DNA of 64,000 bases from Opitutales bacterium (GCA_965197745.1 CBDANS010000006.1:800001-864000); one strand, 5' to 3'; counted from the first letter of the stretch, positions 43,745 through 55,609 are shown. Notes: generated by a model not told the origin, from the sequence alone. Made by a program: numbers and translations.

Positions 43745-44049
43745 ATTGCGGTTAAAATTATTATATGGCTTAAATAGTCAAATAATATTCATCTGATTTA
43801 CAGAAATAAAAGAAATAAGCAGCCCGCGCTCTTTATCTTATTATTAGAATTAATAAAACTTCCCCCCTTAAAAGGGTGATTATATTCTAGTATAGATTCC
43901 TAATTATGAATAGTATTTTAAATTTACCCGTGCCCCTTAAATTGCTCTGGATTGAAAACTTTCAAAGGGAATATATCATAATGATTTGTTTCTTAAATCA
44001 TTAAGTATAACTATTATCTCCTGCCACGCATTTATTATGCCTATATGTC

Positions 44050-44928
44050 ATGCTTTATGATCGTCCCTATATGCGCAATGAAAGCGCCTCTCGACCCTTT
44101 CCTGTGCTGAAGTGGATTCTTATCGTCAACATTGCTCTTTTCGTCGCTCAAAGCATTTTCCGTTGGTGGTTTAACAGCAATTTTCCGGAGTATTATTTTG
44201 GTCTGCGAGGTTCCAACTTATTGCACGGTTTTGTCTGGACACCGCTTACTTACAGCCTGCTGCATGACACTTCATATCCATTTCATCTTATTATGAATAT
44301 GATAGTTATTTTTCTCTTCGGCCGGTTTGTAGATCATGACATCGGGTCGCACAAACTATTAGATCTCTACTTGCTCTCTGTCTTCATCGGTGGCTTCACA
44401 TGGTTAATCTTTAATTTTCATACTGATGCTCCACTCATTGGCGCCTCGGCAGGAGCCCTGGGTTTATTAACGTTATATTGCATTATGCACGCTGACGAAC
44501 GGGTTACTTTTCTCCTCTTCTTTATTATACCAGTCATGATTAAACCAAGGTATTTAGGCTGGATTATTTTCGGTATCGAGCTGTTCGGTTTTCTCTTCAG
44601 TGAATTGGTTCCGGGCAGCATGAATCGGGTCGCTCATTCGGCACATCTTGGCGGCATGCTAGGCGGTTTTCTTTACTTCCGTTTTCTTATCAATCGGAAA
44701 CCCATACTGCAGCATAAAAAACCCTCGGTTGAATTACCCCATTGGTTTAAAAAGAGCTCAACGCCGCGGGGGATAAAACGAAATTTTAAAATCAATATCG
44801 GAAATCGAAAGGATCTTCAAAAAGAAGTGGATCGAATACTTGATAAGATTAACAGCCAGGGGTTTGGCTCACTCAGTGAAGAAGAAAAACAAACCCTTGA
44901 TCGAGCCAAGGATATTCTCAGCCGATAA
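44050..44928 (+). CDS. Rhomboid intramembrane serine protease with C-terminal soluble domain
   Basis: HLIMNM, GASAG (Ser), AHSAHLGG (His), EVDRILDKI..G..SLSEEEK tail. Confidence 0.92.
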   Translation: MLYDRPYMRNESASRPFPVLKWILIVNIALFVAQSIFRWWFNSNFPEYYFGLRGSNLLHGFVWTPLTYSLLHDTSYPFHLIMNMIVIFLFGRFVDHDIGSHKLLDLYLLSVFIGGFTWLIFNFHTDAPLIGASAGALGLLTLYCIMHADERVTFLLFFIIPVMIKPRYLGWIIFGIELFGFLFSELVPGSMNRVAHSAHLGGMLGGFLYFRFLINRKPILQHKKPSVELPHWFKKSSTPRGIKRNFKINIGNRKDLQKEVDRILDKINSQGFGSLSEEEKQTLDRAKDILSR

Positions 44929-44951
44929 GATCGGCCCGTTCGGGCAGGATC
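44929..44951 (+). terminator. Possible hairpin terminator after the rhomboid gene
   Basis: GATC-G-GCCCG-TT-CGGGC-AG-GATC stem; U-tract is weak. Confidence 0.25.
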
Positions 44952-45267
44952 GTAATTTCCCGAATCCTGATATTTAATTGCCAAGGGGGGTTGGAGGTTT
45001 TGGAAGATGTGAACAATTGCCCTTTTTTCATGTCGAATACCTTCAGCTTCCACCTGGTAAGAAAACCAGTCTACTACATAATAAAGCAGATTATGAGCCC
45101 TCAGGGCCAAAGATAATTTCAATATTGTCCTAAAAAATACTTACGAATAATAAAATTAAATTAGACATCAATAACGCTTTATCTATAGAATAGTAGTTTT
45201 ATGATGCCGAAAAAATCACGGTATCGCTTTTCTCTGGTAGACCCACTTCTTTAAGTATGTATCTTGT

Positions 45268-47802
45268 ATGAATAGAATGATCCGACAAATTGCATTTATT
45301 CTCGTTGCTCCTCTCGCCTCTAGTATCGCCGCGGCCGACGAAACCTTTAGTCTAAGTATTGCCAGCAGCGAGCAAATGAAAAAAGAGACGGTCCTCGCCA
45401 TTGACTCTATTCAAAGCTACCACTTCACGAAGAAACCTCTGGCAAAAATAGATACGGAAACACTGCTGAAGAATTTTATGGAGGAATTAGACTATCACCA
45501 CCTCTTCTTCCTCAAAAAAGATATCGAAGTGCTTACCTTAAGATTCCGGGATTCTCTCATAAATGTTTGGCTGGCAAGCGGTGATCTTTACCCTGCGTTT
45601 CAAATATTTGAAACTTACCGCGACACCGCACTTACCCGTCTCGATTGGATATTTGAACGAATCGACGGTGATTTTAACTTCGAGATCGATGAGACCTTTA
45701 TTACCGACCGCTCTGAAGCAGAATGGCCGGACTCCATCGCTGACGCTGACATGCTCTGGAATAAGCGCTTAAAGTTTGATCTCCTGCAAGAACTGCTGAG
45801 GGATGAATCACTGGAACGCGCAAAAGAAAAAGTCAAACGCCGTTATCGACGGACTAAAAAAGATATAAATGAAATTGATGCCTATAATATTCAGGAGTTG
45901 TTCCTCTCCGCTTTAGCGCAACTCTATGACCCCCATTCCATTTACTATTCATCAGATTCCCTTGAAGAGTTCGCGATCACAATGCGTAATTCCCTGGTGG
46001 GAATTGGTGCCCTATTACGGGACGAAGATGGCTATTGCGTAATTCAACGATTGATCGCCGGCGGCCCCGCTGAAATGAGCAATCAACTACACCCCGGAGA
46101 TACTATCGTGGAAGTTGCCCAAAAGGATGATGAACCCGTCGATGTGATTGACATGAAATTAAGCAAAATCGTAAAGATGATTCGTGGAATCAAAGGCACT
46201 GAAGTGCGACTGACGATAAAACCTGCGGTTTCTACTGATTCATCCGAACGGAATATTGTATCTTTGATACGCGATGAGATTCAGTTAACAGCCAATCTCG
46301 CTAAAGCAAATGTTCACGAAGTGCCAATCAGCGATGATAAAATATTAACGATAGGCGTGATCGACCTGCCAAACTTTTATGGATCCGGGGTGGGTGGAGA
46401 ACCTGCGGAATCCAGCACCACTGAAGATGTTGAAGCGCTTATTGTAAAACTTAAAAATATTGAGATTGACGGGCTCGTCCTTGATTTACGCCGCAACGGC
46501 GGTGGCCTCCTTAGTGAAGCGATAAGCCTGACTGGATTATTTATTCCTAAGGGACCCGTAGTACAGGTAAAAGATACTTCGGGACGCATTCGTAAAGACT
46601 GGGATCGCGATCCCAAGATTGTCTATACCGGACCCCTGGCAGTCCTCGTATCCCGGCGAAGTGCATCTGCCAGTGAAATTGTTGCAGGCGCCTTACAGAA
46701 TCATCGTCGCGCCATTATCATAGGCGATGCTTCTACGCACGGCAAAGGGACTGTCCAAGCAATATTTGAACTCGAACGCGGCTTGAGATTCGGAATGTTT
46801 TCCAAGCCCCCGAAGCTGGGCGCAACGAAAATCACGATCCAGAAATTCTACCTCCCCAATGGTGAATCCACACAGAAAGAAGGGGTGAAATCCGATATTA
46901 TCATTCCCTCCGTAGATGAATTACTTCCAATCGGCGAATCCGACCTCCCGAATGCGCTCGCCTGGGACACAATAGAACCGTTGGATTGGTTGTCAAATTT
47001 AGTGCAAATGGATGATCGCTATATAATTGATGACGCCATGCTCGCCACTTTACGTCATCAAAGTGAGGATCGATTGCTATATTTCGATGAGTTTGCCTAT
47101 CTCAGAGAAAACATTGATTGGTTTCAAGCTAAGCAGGATGAAAAAGAGGTTTCATTAAACTTAGAAAAGAGACGCAGCCTGAAAGAAAAAGACACTCTTT
47201 TTAAGGAATCGATGGAAGAGAGGCTCGATAAACTAAGTGAGATGAGCTATGCTTCAACGGAAGTGTTGCTCGATCTTTCGATCGACAAGAAGAATCAACA
47301 TCAGGAAAAACTGCGGAAATCTATTCTCCCCAATGGCAAACCAAAGGTTAATCAATATTACCAGAAGGTTTACTATTATGCTCCGACTGAAAATGACGAG
47401 ATCAAGGAAATTTATGTGGAGAGAATTGATTTTGAGAAAATGATCAAACATTTAGATGAAATTGTCTCGTTTCTTTCGCACAAGGCTGGGATCGAGTTAT
47501 CCACTCAATCCATTGAGGATATATTGCAGCAATTTAAAAATGCTGATCGAAGTGAGGATTTTCTCGTTGAAAAAGCATTCTACACTCATTTTAAGGAGAA
47601 GCTTACGGCAGATGAAATCAACACCCTCCTCCCTTCATTCTTTAATAAGCTAATAGAAATCGACCCCCATATGTTGGATGATAATCCGGTCCTTGATATA
47701 CCTTTACGAGAAAGTCTGCGCGTAGTCACAGACTGGGTAAAATACAGACTAAATAAAGAGCCCCCCATCCCCGTCACCGCTGGCGCAATCAGCAAGGGAT
47801 AG
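45268..47802 (+). CDS. prc: Carboxy-terminal processing protease (S41, Prc/Tsp)
   Basis: YDPHS, GIGA PDZ, LDLRRNGGG, SASASEIVAGALQ, GKGTVQ, KFYLPNGESTQ. Confidence 0.92.
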   Translation: MNRMIRQIAFILVAPLASSIAAADETFSLSIASSEQMKKETVLAIDSIQSYHFTKKPLAKIDTETLLKNFMEELDYHHLFFLKKDIEVLTLRFRDSLINVWLASGDLYPAFQIFETYRDTALTRLDWIFERIDGDFNFEIDETFITDRSEAEWPDSIADADMLWNKRLKFDLLQELLRDESLERAKEKVKRRYRRTKKDINEIDAYNIQELFLSALAQLYDPHSIYYSSDSLEEFAITMRNSLVGIGALLRDEDGYCVIQRLIAGGPAEMSNQLHPGDTIVEVAQKDDEPVDVIDMKLSKIVKMIRGIKGTEVRLTIKPAVSTDSSERNIVSLIRDEIQLTANLAKANVHEVPISDDKILTIGVIDLPNFYGSGVGGEPAESSTTEDVEALIVKLKNIEIDGLVLDLRRNGGGLLSEAISLTGLFIPKGPVVQVKDTSGRIRKDWDRDPKIVYTGPLAVLVSRRSASASEIVAGALQNHRRAIIIGDASTHGKGTVQAIFELERGLRFGMFSKPPKLGATKITIQKFYLPNGESTQKEGVKSDIIIPSVDELLPIGESDLPNALAWDTIEPLDWLSNLVQMDDRYIIDDAMLATLRHQSEDRLLYFDEFAYLRENIDWFQAKQDEKEVSLNLEKRRSLKEKDTLFKESMEERLDKLSEMSYASTEVLLDLSIDKKNQHQEKLRKSILPNGKPKVNQYYQKVYYYAPTENDEIKEIYVERIDFEKMIKHLDEIVSFLSHKAGIELSTQSIEDILQQFKNADRSEDFLVEKAFYTHFKEKLTADEINTLLPSFFNKLIEIDPHMLDDNPVLDIPLRESLRVVTDWVKYRLNKEPPIPVTAGAISKG

Positions 47803-47820
47803 AAAAAAATTATCCCCTTT

Positions 47821-48660
47821 TCATTTCCAAGCGAGAAAAAACCGCTCTCGTTGATGAATATCCAGGCGCGATTCCCAGCTTTTGAACCCTTCCTGCGCCG
47901 CAACTTCACGTAATGCTGCATGATGCTCGATACCTGTTTCCAGCGCAATAAGACCTCCTTCGTTCAAATAATCTGAAGCCTGAGAGAGAATGTACTTAAG
48001 GGCACTCAATCCTTTTTCCCTGGCTACCAGTGCATCTCGCGGTTCAAAGTCTTTCACCTCGGGCTGTGAATTCTCGCATTCTGTCACAGAGAGGTAAGGG
48101 GGATTGGCTACAATCAAGTCAAATGTTCCATTAATATTTTTAAACCAATCGGAAAAATTAAGCCTGACGCGTTTCTCTAATCCGTGTCGTTCAACATTTT
48201 CATGTGCCAATGACAAGGCTTCATCGCTGCAGTCTACAGCCAGCACCTGTGAATCTGGATATTGCTCGGCCAATGCTAATGCAATAGCGCCACATCCTGT
48301 CCCGAGGTCGACGATTTTACCCGGCGTATGGTCCAGGATATTTATGACAAGATCAACCAGCTCTTCAGTCTCCGGCCTTGGAATAAGTGCACGACGATCA
48401 ACTTTCAATTGAATATTTAAAAAATCAACTTCACCTAATATATACTGTAATGGTTCACGTCTGCCCCGACGCCTGACAAATTCACGAATCTGGTCTACAA
48501 ATGTCGATTCCAACGGACGATCATATTGCAAATAGAGATCTAATCGATTCAGCTTTAAAACTTGCGCGATAAGCGTCTCGGCATTGAGTCGAGCATTTTC
48601 TATTTTTCTAGCAGAAAAATAATCCGCTGTCTTATTAATAAGATCAATAAGGGTAAGCAT
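47821..48660 (-). CDS. prmC: Release factor glutamine methyltransferase
   Basis: EPLQYILG, LIPRPETE, DLGTGCG, NPPY; downstream of prfA. Confidence 0.96.
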   Translation of the reverse strand: MLTLIDLINKTADYFSARKIENARLNAETLIAQVLKLNRLDLYLQYDRPLESTFVDQIREFVRRRGRREPLQYILGEVDFLNIQLKVDRRALIPRPETEELVDLVINILDHTPGKIVDLGTGCGAIALALAEQYPDSQVLAVDCSDEALSLAHENVERHGLEKRVRLNFSDWFKNINGTFDLIVANPPYLSVTECENSQPEVKDFEPRDALVAREKGLSALKYILSQASDYLNEGGLIALETGIEHHAALREVAAQEGFKSWESRLDIHQRERFFLAWK

Positions 48661-48719
48661 ACCCGAAATCTAATAAATTATTCTCTACGCCTAGTTTGAA
48701 AATAGCCCCAATGGCATTT

Positions 48720-49811
48720 TCAACTCTCATTAATTGAGAGCAATTCATCTATTTTAATTTTTTTATCAGCTTCCTGAAGAGCATGGATTACTTCATTTAA
48801 TTCACCTTCCATAATATCTGATAGATTATGGAGCGTGAGTCCAATACGATGATCGGTGAGACGGCTTTGTGGAAAGTTGTAAGTGCGAATTCGTTCACTA
48901 CGGTCTCCGGTGCCGATCTGACTGCGTCGGTGTTGGGCATAGCGAGCTCGCTCCTCCCCTTCCTTATGCTGAAACAGGCGGGCACGTAATACCTTCATCG
49001 CTTTTTGTTTATTCTTTAATTGTGAACGTTCATCCATACAACTGACAATTAATCCTGTCGGTTTATGAAGAATTTGTACCGCGGAATCAGTCGTATTTAC
49101 CCCCTGCCCCCCCGGACCGCTCGCGCGGCTGACAGATATTTCAAGGTCACTCGGATCGATAAGGATGTCTACTTCCTCTGCTTCCGGAAGCACAGCCACG
49201 GTGGCGGTAGAAGTATGGATACGTCCGTTTGTTTCTGTAACGGGAACCCGTTGGACTCGGTGGACGCCGCTCTCAAATTTAAGATTTTTATATACCTCGT
49301 CGCCGCGAACATTAAAAATCACTTCTTTAAATCCATGTGCATCTGATATACTCGATCCGAGTGGTTCCACTTTCCAACCCTGTTTTTCCGCATACCGGAC
49401 ATACAATCGATAAAGATCAGAGGCAAAAAGTGAAGCTTCATTCCCGCCAGCTCCAGCGCGAATTTCCACGATTGTGTTCCGTGAATCGCTTTTTTCCGGT
49501 GGCAACATCGAGACAAGAAGATTATTATGCAGAGTTTCAGCATTCTCACGCAGTATTGTCAGTTCCTCCTCTGCTAATTCTTTAATTTCCGGTTCGCTCT
49601 CGCGATCATCCAGAATAGACTGATTCTCATTAATCTGCTTATCGACATTTTCCAATTCAAGATGAAGCGCTATTAACTTGCTCAGGTTTTGATGCTCGCG
49701 TGACAAATCCGCAGCACGACGGGCGTTTTGATAAAAGTCAGGCATCCTCATCTGCGCATCGATTTCTTCGAAACGCTTGCGAAAGGGTTCGATATCAGGT
49801 AAAGATTGCAT
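48720..49811 (-). CDS. prfA: Peptide chain release factor 1
   Basis: [13 protein letters not shown] (PxT), [15 protein letters not shown] 49811 preferred over TTG 49832. Confidence 0.97.
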   Translation of the reverse strand: MQSLPDIEPFRKRFEEIDAQMRMPDFYQNARRAADLSREHQNLSKLIALHLELENVDKQINENQSILDDRESEPEIKELAEEELTILRENAETLHNNLLVSMLPPEKSDSRNTIVEIRAGAGGNEASLFASDLYRLYVRYAEKQGWKVEPLGSSISDAHGFKEVIFNVRGDEVYKNLKFESGVHRVQRVPVTETNGRIHTSTATVAVLPEAEEVDILIDPSDLEISVSRASGPGGQGVNTTDSAVQILHKPTGLIVSCMDERSQLKNKQKAMKVLRARLFQHKEGEERARYAQHRRSQIGTGDRSERIRTYNFPQSRLTDHRIGLTLHNLSDIMEGELNEVIHALQEADKKIKIDELLSINES

Positions 49812-49899
49812 GGGATCAATAATACTGCACAAGATACTAAATCAAATTATAGAGTAAATTGCACGTCTCAGCTTATAATATTATATAGTCCTCTTCGCA

Positions 49900-50928
49900 A
49901 TGGCCCAAAACAATCTTCATAGCCAGAATATTGTCTCCTGCATCTGGGATTTCGACAAGACATTAATCCCCGGTTATATGCAGGCACCCCTATTTGCACG
50001 TTACTCCATAGATGAAAAAACTTTTTGGGAGGAAGTCAGCCAGCTACCACACATTTATGAAAAACAAGGGCTCAAGGTAAGTAAAGACACTGTTTATCTT
50101 AACCACTTGCTCAGTTATGTTCGCGCAGGAGTGTTGAAAGGTTTGAATAACGCAAAATTGCGAGAGCTTGGACAGGATATTCATTTTTACGATGGTTTAC
50201 CCGACTTTTTCCATGAACTGAAAGAACTCGTTCATAGTAATGATGAATTTGCCACTCACGATATCACTCTCGAACACTATATCATCAGCACGGGCTTGGC
50301 TGAAATCATTCGCGGCAGCGCTATTGCATCACATGTAGATGGCATATATGGCTGTGAATTTGTGGAAAACCCACTCCCCCCCGGCTTCATTAATCAAAGC
50401 GATTTAGAGTTCGAAACTGATCGTGAAATTAGCCAGATCGGAACGATGGTAGACAATACGATTAAGACCCGTTTTATCTTTGAAATTAACAAAGGCTCAA
50501 ACAAAAATCCTGAAATAGACGTCAACGCGGTAATACGTCCTGAGGACAGGCGAATCCCCATTCAGAATATGATATATATCGCTGACGGCCCTAGTGACAT
50601 ACCTGTTTTTTCAGTGGTGAAAAAAAACGGCGGTAAAACCTACGCTGTTTACAATACTGATCAGACTGATGAATTTGCCCAAAACGATAACCTCCTGCAG
50701 GTAGGCCGTATTCACGCATACGGTCCCGCTGATTATAATTCATCGAGCACCACATCTAAATGGATTAAAATGCACTTACTGCAAATTTGTAAGCGTATTG
50801 CAAAAGAACGTGATCAAACCCTGGAGGATCGTGTGAGTAAACCGCCACGCCATTTACATGATAAAAATGTCAATCCAACCGAGTCTGAGATCCCACAACA
50901 AAAGGCCCTTTTTGATGACGACAGTTGA
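49900..50928 (+). CDS. HAD-superfamily hydrolase
   Basis: [30 protein letters not shown]. Confidence 0.88.
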   Translation: MAQNNLHSQNIVSCIWDFDKTLIPGYMQAPLFARYSIDEKTFWEEVSQLPHIYEKQGLKVSKDTVYLNHLLSYVRAGVLKGLNNAKLRELGQDIHFYDGLPDFFHELKELVHSNDEFATHDITLEHYIISTGLAEIIRGSAIASHVDGIYGCEFVENPLPPGFINQSDLEFETDREISQIGTMVDNTIKTRFIFEINKGSNKNPEIDVNAVIRPEDRRIPIQNMIYIADGPSDIPVFSVVKKNGGKTYAVYNTDQTDEFAQNDNLLQVGRIHAYGPADYNSSSTTSKWIKMHLLQICKRIAKERDQTLEDRVSKPPRHLHDKNVNPTESEIPQQKALFDDDS

Positions 50929-50962
50929 ATTACCATCTCCCCTTCTTTCTTATTAAGCAAAG

Positions 50963-51129
50963 TTGTGGCGTTATATGCAGCCCGGCATGAACCGGGAACG
51001 AGAGCATAAAATCCAAGGGATAGAAAATAAGAGGCCATATCCCGAAACCCATACGAGGGGCAGACTGTATACATCGGCCTGAACCAGACGAGAAGCAAGA
51101 ACCAGCTTACCCAACTTAAAACGCGGCAA
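50963..51129. ncRNA. Candidate structured RNA, family unrecognised
   Basis: Closing stem TTGTGGCGTT/AACGCGGCAA, internal stems, and a repeated TGAACC..ACGAGA.GCA motif. Confidence 0.3.
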
Positions 51130-51369
51130 TGCAAGTAAGAATGGAATTTTAATCCTGTTTTTCCTATTCAGGTAAAAATAGATTTCATGTGATGCCACTT
51201 TTAAAATAGGGATCCGGTTGCACGCCCACACATTACCCGAATTTTACTGATGACGACTTCATATCCATTCGAGACTCGTGTTTGGACTATATCTCAGCCT
51301 TGGTGGATGCTCCTTCTGAGACACAGCCTTGACTTATGCGATGAACCTGAATGCTAATTATTAAATACG

Positions 51370-51894
51370 ATGATAAAAATAGGAATTATCAATGTATCTG
51401 ATCGGGCCAGTGCCGGTGAATATGAAGATATACCTGGAAAAGAGGTTGTTAAAATATTAAGCTCTTATTTGATTTCAGAATGGGAAAAAGAATATGCAAT
51501 TATCCCGGACGAACAGCCTTTGATTGAAAAAAAGCTAATCCAATTCACTGACGATAAAGATTGCTGTTTAGTTGTAACGACTGGTGGAACGGGTCCTGCC
51601 TACCGCGACGTTACCCCGGAAGCCACCGAAGCTGTCACTGAAAAAAAGATGCCTGGCTTCGGTGAATTGATGCGCGCCACATCACTTCAATATGTGCCGA
51701 CGGCAATCCTCTCCCGGCAAACGGCCGGTATTCGTGGAAAGTGCCTGATCTTAAATCTGCCGGGTAAACCCAAGGCTATAGGGGAGTGCCTGGAAGCGGT
51801 ATTCCCTGCCATACCTTATTGTATTGACCTGATAGGCGGCCCTTATCTGGAATGTGATGAAACTGTTCTTAAGGTCTTTCGACCAAAGAGTTGA
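51370..51894 (+). CDS. mog: Molybdopterin adenylyltransferase
   Basis: SDRASAGEYED, TTGGTGP..RDVTPEAT, PTAILSRQ, NLPGKPKAI. Confidence 0.95.
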   Translation: MIKIGIINVSDRASAGEYEDIPGKEVVKILSSYLISEWEKEYAIIPDEQPLIEKKLIQFTDDKDCCLVVTTGGTGPAYRDVTPEATEAVTEKKMPGFGELMRATSLQYVPTAILSRQTAGIRGKCLILNLPGKPKAIGECLEAVFPAIPYCIDLIGGPYLECDETVLKVFRPKS

Positions 51895-52037
51895 TCCCAT
51901 AGGGGAAACCATCCGACCAGCCGATTGATGATAGCAGTCATCGATTTCATTTCTTAAAAAAGATTATCGTAAAATTGATGAAAATATATAAGATCCCTGA
52001 ATTCTGAATTCTTTAAACAAATATATAGATTGATATA

Positions 52038-52619
52038 ATGAACATTCTTATCGCCGAAGATGACCTAATTTCGCGAAAATTGCTCCAGACAAACCTGGAA
52101 CAAATGTGATATCAGGTAACAGCCGCCGCCGATGGTCAGGAAGCCTGGGATTTATTCGACCGCGTCCCCTATCGCATTATCGTGAGTGATTGGCTTATGC
52201 CCTCCGTCGACGGTCTCGAATTATGCCAGAAAATTCGAGAACGCCCCAATACCGATTATACCTATTTCATCCTTCTCACGGCCAATGTAGGTGAAGAAAA
52301 GAATTACTTTGAGGCGATGAATAGAGGAGTGGACGATTTTCTAAGCAAACCACTTGATCGTCAGCAGTTGACCATACGTCTGCGCGTGGCCAAGCGGATT
52401 CTCAAAGATACTTCACGGATCAAATCATTGGAAAACATCGTCACCATGTGTGCTTACACAAAAAAGATAAAGATGGAAGATGAAGACTGGCAAAATATAG
52501 AAAGCTTTATCGAGACGCATCTGGGCATTAAATTATCGCATGGAATCAACCCGGATTATTATCAGCAAGTAATTGTTCCGGAAATCGAAAGGCTGAAACA
52601 GAAATCAGCTGAAGAATAA
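52038..52619 (+). pseudogene. Response regulator (receiver domain + short C-terminal domain) with in-frame TGA
   Basis: MNILIAEDD..LEQM*YQVTAAADGQEAW..SDWLMP..DGLELC..ILLTA..DDFLSKP. The TGA at 52107-52109 sits where Gly is usual. Confidence 0.85.
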
Positions 52620-52726
52620 GTAGGTTCTCTTAAAATAGGGAACCTTCCCCAAACCCATTCTATGCGGTTCAGGGGCTCTCTTCCTTAAATGCGGTGAGGG
52701 GGGTTATTTCTGCCTGACTAAGTGCC

Positions 52727-55003
52727 TTAACCTTCAGTTTGCTCATCGCGTTTTTTCCCGAATATGTGAAACCCTTTTTGCTTTTTCTCCACGGGAGGAG
52801 CAACGGCGTCCATATCATACGTTCCTTGTTCGGCTTTACGCTGTTTTTTTCCTGATTTTGGTTTTGGCGTCAATTTGTCGATCTTATGCTGCAATTCAGC
52901 TTCTATAATCATGCGATTTGCTGCTTTTTTAGCTGCACGAATATCCGCATGTAACTGCGCCTCCGTATCCGACACCTCGTATCCCGGAACTTCACTGGGG
53001 GTAATTCCCATATCACTGAGCACACGCGGGCTGAAGATATCCTCGTAGGTGCTTCCATCTGGATTCAACGTTCTGGCAGTAATGAATATGATCAAATTGC
53101 GTTTAGATTCAACATCGCCTCTACTGCGGAAAAGTCTTCCTACTATCGGAATCTCCCCGATTACCGGCACTTTGTTCGAACTATTAGCTACTGTTTTCTC
53201 GATTAAACCGCCGATGGCCAGTGTAAAACCGTCTTTGATCGTGATGGTACTTTCGGTTCGTCGGGAAGTAATAACGGGAATGAGGGCTCCTCCAGCGCCA
53301 CCAAAACTAATCTTCTCTTTTTCACTACTCACCTCTGGCTGGATATCAAGACTGATAAATCCCGCGCTATTTACTTGAGGGGTTACCTTAAGGTTGATGC
53401 CGATGTCAAGGTACTCGAATCCACTCACTTCAAAAGTACCGCGTTCATCATTATAACTATACTCAGGAATTGGGAAGCGGTCACCAATGGCGATGAGCGC
53501 CGGCGTGTTATTAACAGTTACTACGGTGGGATTAGAAATGAGTTCAGTATCGCTGAATTCACTCAAAAAGCTTAAAACTACATTAAAGGAATCCGCACTG
53601 AATACCGCTGTATCGAGCCGTCCTTGTACCGCACTATTGACCAGATTAAGCGTTTGATCTATAATATTTGTCGTCGCCACATTTGTCGCTGAGGTATCGG
53701 TTGAAGTAACAACACCATCAGTGTTTGTTCGCGTAAAATCATTTGAATCAGCAACACTGGAGTTAAGCGAATCACCTGCGGTATCACCGCGAGTTTGCGT
53801 TGTATCTTTATTGTATGAACGGTTAAAAGGCCCGGCAGAGATACCGTAGCCTGAGAGCGATGACCAGTTAATTCCCTGATTCCTTTCATCGCGATCAGCC
53901 ACCTCAACAAATTTCGATTCGATCATAACCTGGGCATTCGGTCTGTCCAGACGATCAATGATTGCCTGGATATTGTTAAACTTTGATGGCCGTTCGGTGA
54001 TGACAAGGGAATTGCTGCGAGAGTCGACCTGGATACGGCCGCCCGCTGCCGAGTCTACGAGGGGAGAGATCGATCCCTGCATTTCACCTGCGGAAGCAAA
54101 ATTAATGATAAAGACGCGCGTTTCAACCGGCTCCTGCAAAAGATCTTCCTGGCTTTTAATTTTAATAATATTGCGATCACGGACCCAAGTATAGCCGAGT
54201 GGTTCAAGGACAACATCGAACACCTGCTGCCATGATACATTGCGTAGTTTTAAGGTGGTACTGCCGACGAGGGTGTCGGGGATGACAACATTCAACTCGA
54301 AGAGGTCGGCCACATTGCTGATAATTGTCCGTACTTCCTCATCCGGAAATTCAACGGTGATTGTATCTTCTTCCAGTGAAAGAGCCGCTTCACTCACCTC
54401 CTGCCCCGGGAACTCCAAGGTGACATCCATATCATCAGCCACTCCGACATCGTCAGGGAGATCAAGCATTTCATCCTCCGTGGTAGGCGCATCAAGAGTA
54501 AACTCTTCCATCTCATCGTCGAAGAAGGTCTCGGGTTCCTCCGGTATTTCAAGCGACATATCATCAATCTCGTCAACCATTGACTCTTCTTCTATTTCAT
54601 CATCAAAGAAGGTCTCGGGCTCCTCCGGCGTCTCAAACGACATATCGTTAAACTCGTCAATCAATGACTCTTCTTCCATTTCATCGTCAAAGAAGGTCTC
54701 GGGCTGACTGTCTATCTCCGTTAGTTCCTCAGTCATTTCCATGTCCATCTCTGGAAATTCGGATTCTATATCGGCCGCCATCGTGTCCGTATCAACAGGT
54801 TCCGCGTCTACAGGTTCCATTTCCATTTCCTCTGTATCTACGGCTGCAGATTCGTCATCGATCATCTCCTATCCGTTCTCGGCTAAGATATCTGAAACTT
54901 CTTCGGTTTCGGGTTCAGACTCAGCATTCGTATTTTCCTGGCTCCAAACCGGGAGAACAAAAGAGAGAAAAATCAAAGTTATGAGTAGTTTTTTGGAGTT
55001 CAT
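52727..55003 (-). pseudogene. pilQ: PilQ/GspD-type secretin with in-frame TAG after the signal peptide
   Basis: ATG 55003 gives MNSKKLLITLIF..WS|Q; TAG at 54869-54871; then LDRPNAQVMIESKFVE, GINLKVTPQVN, KVPVIGEIPIVGRLF, LIIFITA. Confidence 0.85.
54504..54704 (-). repeat. 84-bp (28 aa) tandem repeat, about 2.4 copies, in the secretin N-terminus
   Basis: AAGAAGGTCTCGGG recurs at 54522, 54606 and 54690; peptide PETFFDDE(M/I)EE occurs three times. Confidence 0.9.
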
Positions 55004-55060
55004 AATACGTACTTTGTTATAGTTATGTATATATAGCAGTGGGATATGGGGATTTATTGC

Positions 55061-55609
55061 TTAATTAAGGCTACTATCGCGCGTTACTCTTCCTTTTGAG
55101 CGAGCTTCCATAAAGCTGCTCGTTATTTTGGATTGATTGAGGCTTAGGGTAAAATCGCGACCTGTTATTTCGGAAATTTTTACATTATAAGTTTTACCTC
55201 TCATCTTCGCGGGAATGACATTTCCTTCTTGAAGCTTCGCTCCATTTTCGAGGATGAGAATACGTTTTTTCCCCAGGATGAGGCTTCCTTTAGGTTTTAA
55301 ACTGTTTGCAACTTTCTGTAAGACGATCTTATCGGACAATAGACGCTCCTGGGTTTTTCTTACCACTATTTTCGGTTTATCTTTTTGCGGTTCGACATAG
55401 GGTTCAAAAGGATTTCGCCCTTTATTGAAGCGTTCCAGTAGCTCTGGATCTCCCGGGTTTAATATAGCGTCAGCATTGCTCAGGGTATTTTCACGTTTGT
55501 CTTTCAAGGATACACGTTCATCCTGGGCTGAGAGCTTACTGGGCAAACCAAGACTGATCAAAGCGCAATACATAATGATTATATAGAGGGATTCCTTAGT
55601 TATTTTCAT
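55061..55609 (-). CDS. PilP-position protein of the pilus/secretion operon
   Basis: Signal peptide, RNPF motif; lies between pilO-like gene and secretin. Confidence 0.6.
   Translation of the reverse strand: MKITKESLYIIIMYCALISLGLPSKLSAQDERVSLKDKRENTLSNADAILNPGDPELLERFNKGRNPFEPYVEPQKDKPKIVVRKTQERLLSDKIVLQKVANSLKPKGSLILGKKRILILENGAKLQEGNVIPAKMRGKTYNVKISEITGRDFTLSLNQSKITSSFMEARSKGRVTRDSSLN

Noticed and set aside
51247..51290. Hammerhead ribozyme (CTGATGA)
   Set aside because: No correctly placed GAAA or flanking stems.
50940..51369. Moco, TPP or cobalamin riboswitch upstream of mog
   Set aside because: Only fragments (CTGAGA..GAACCTGA; AAATAGGGATCCGGT) are present; the conserved cores and spacing of these families were not found.
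52107..52109. TGA at a Gly position suggesting stop-codon reassignment or selenocysteine
   Set aside because: TGA terminates many intact genes here (thyA, trkH, mog, purE). The other internal stops are TAG and TAA, each one substitution from a sense codon, and the site is not a Cys position.
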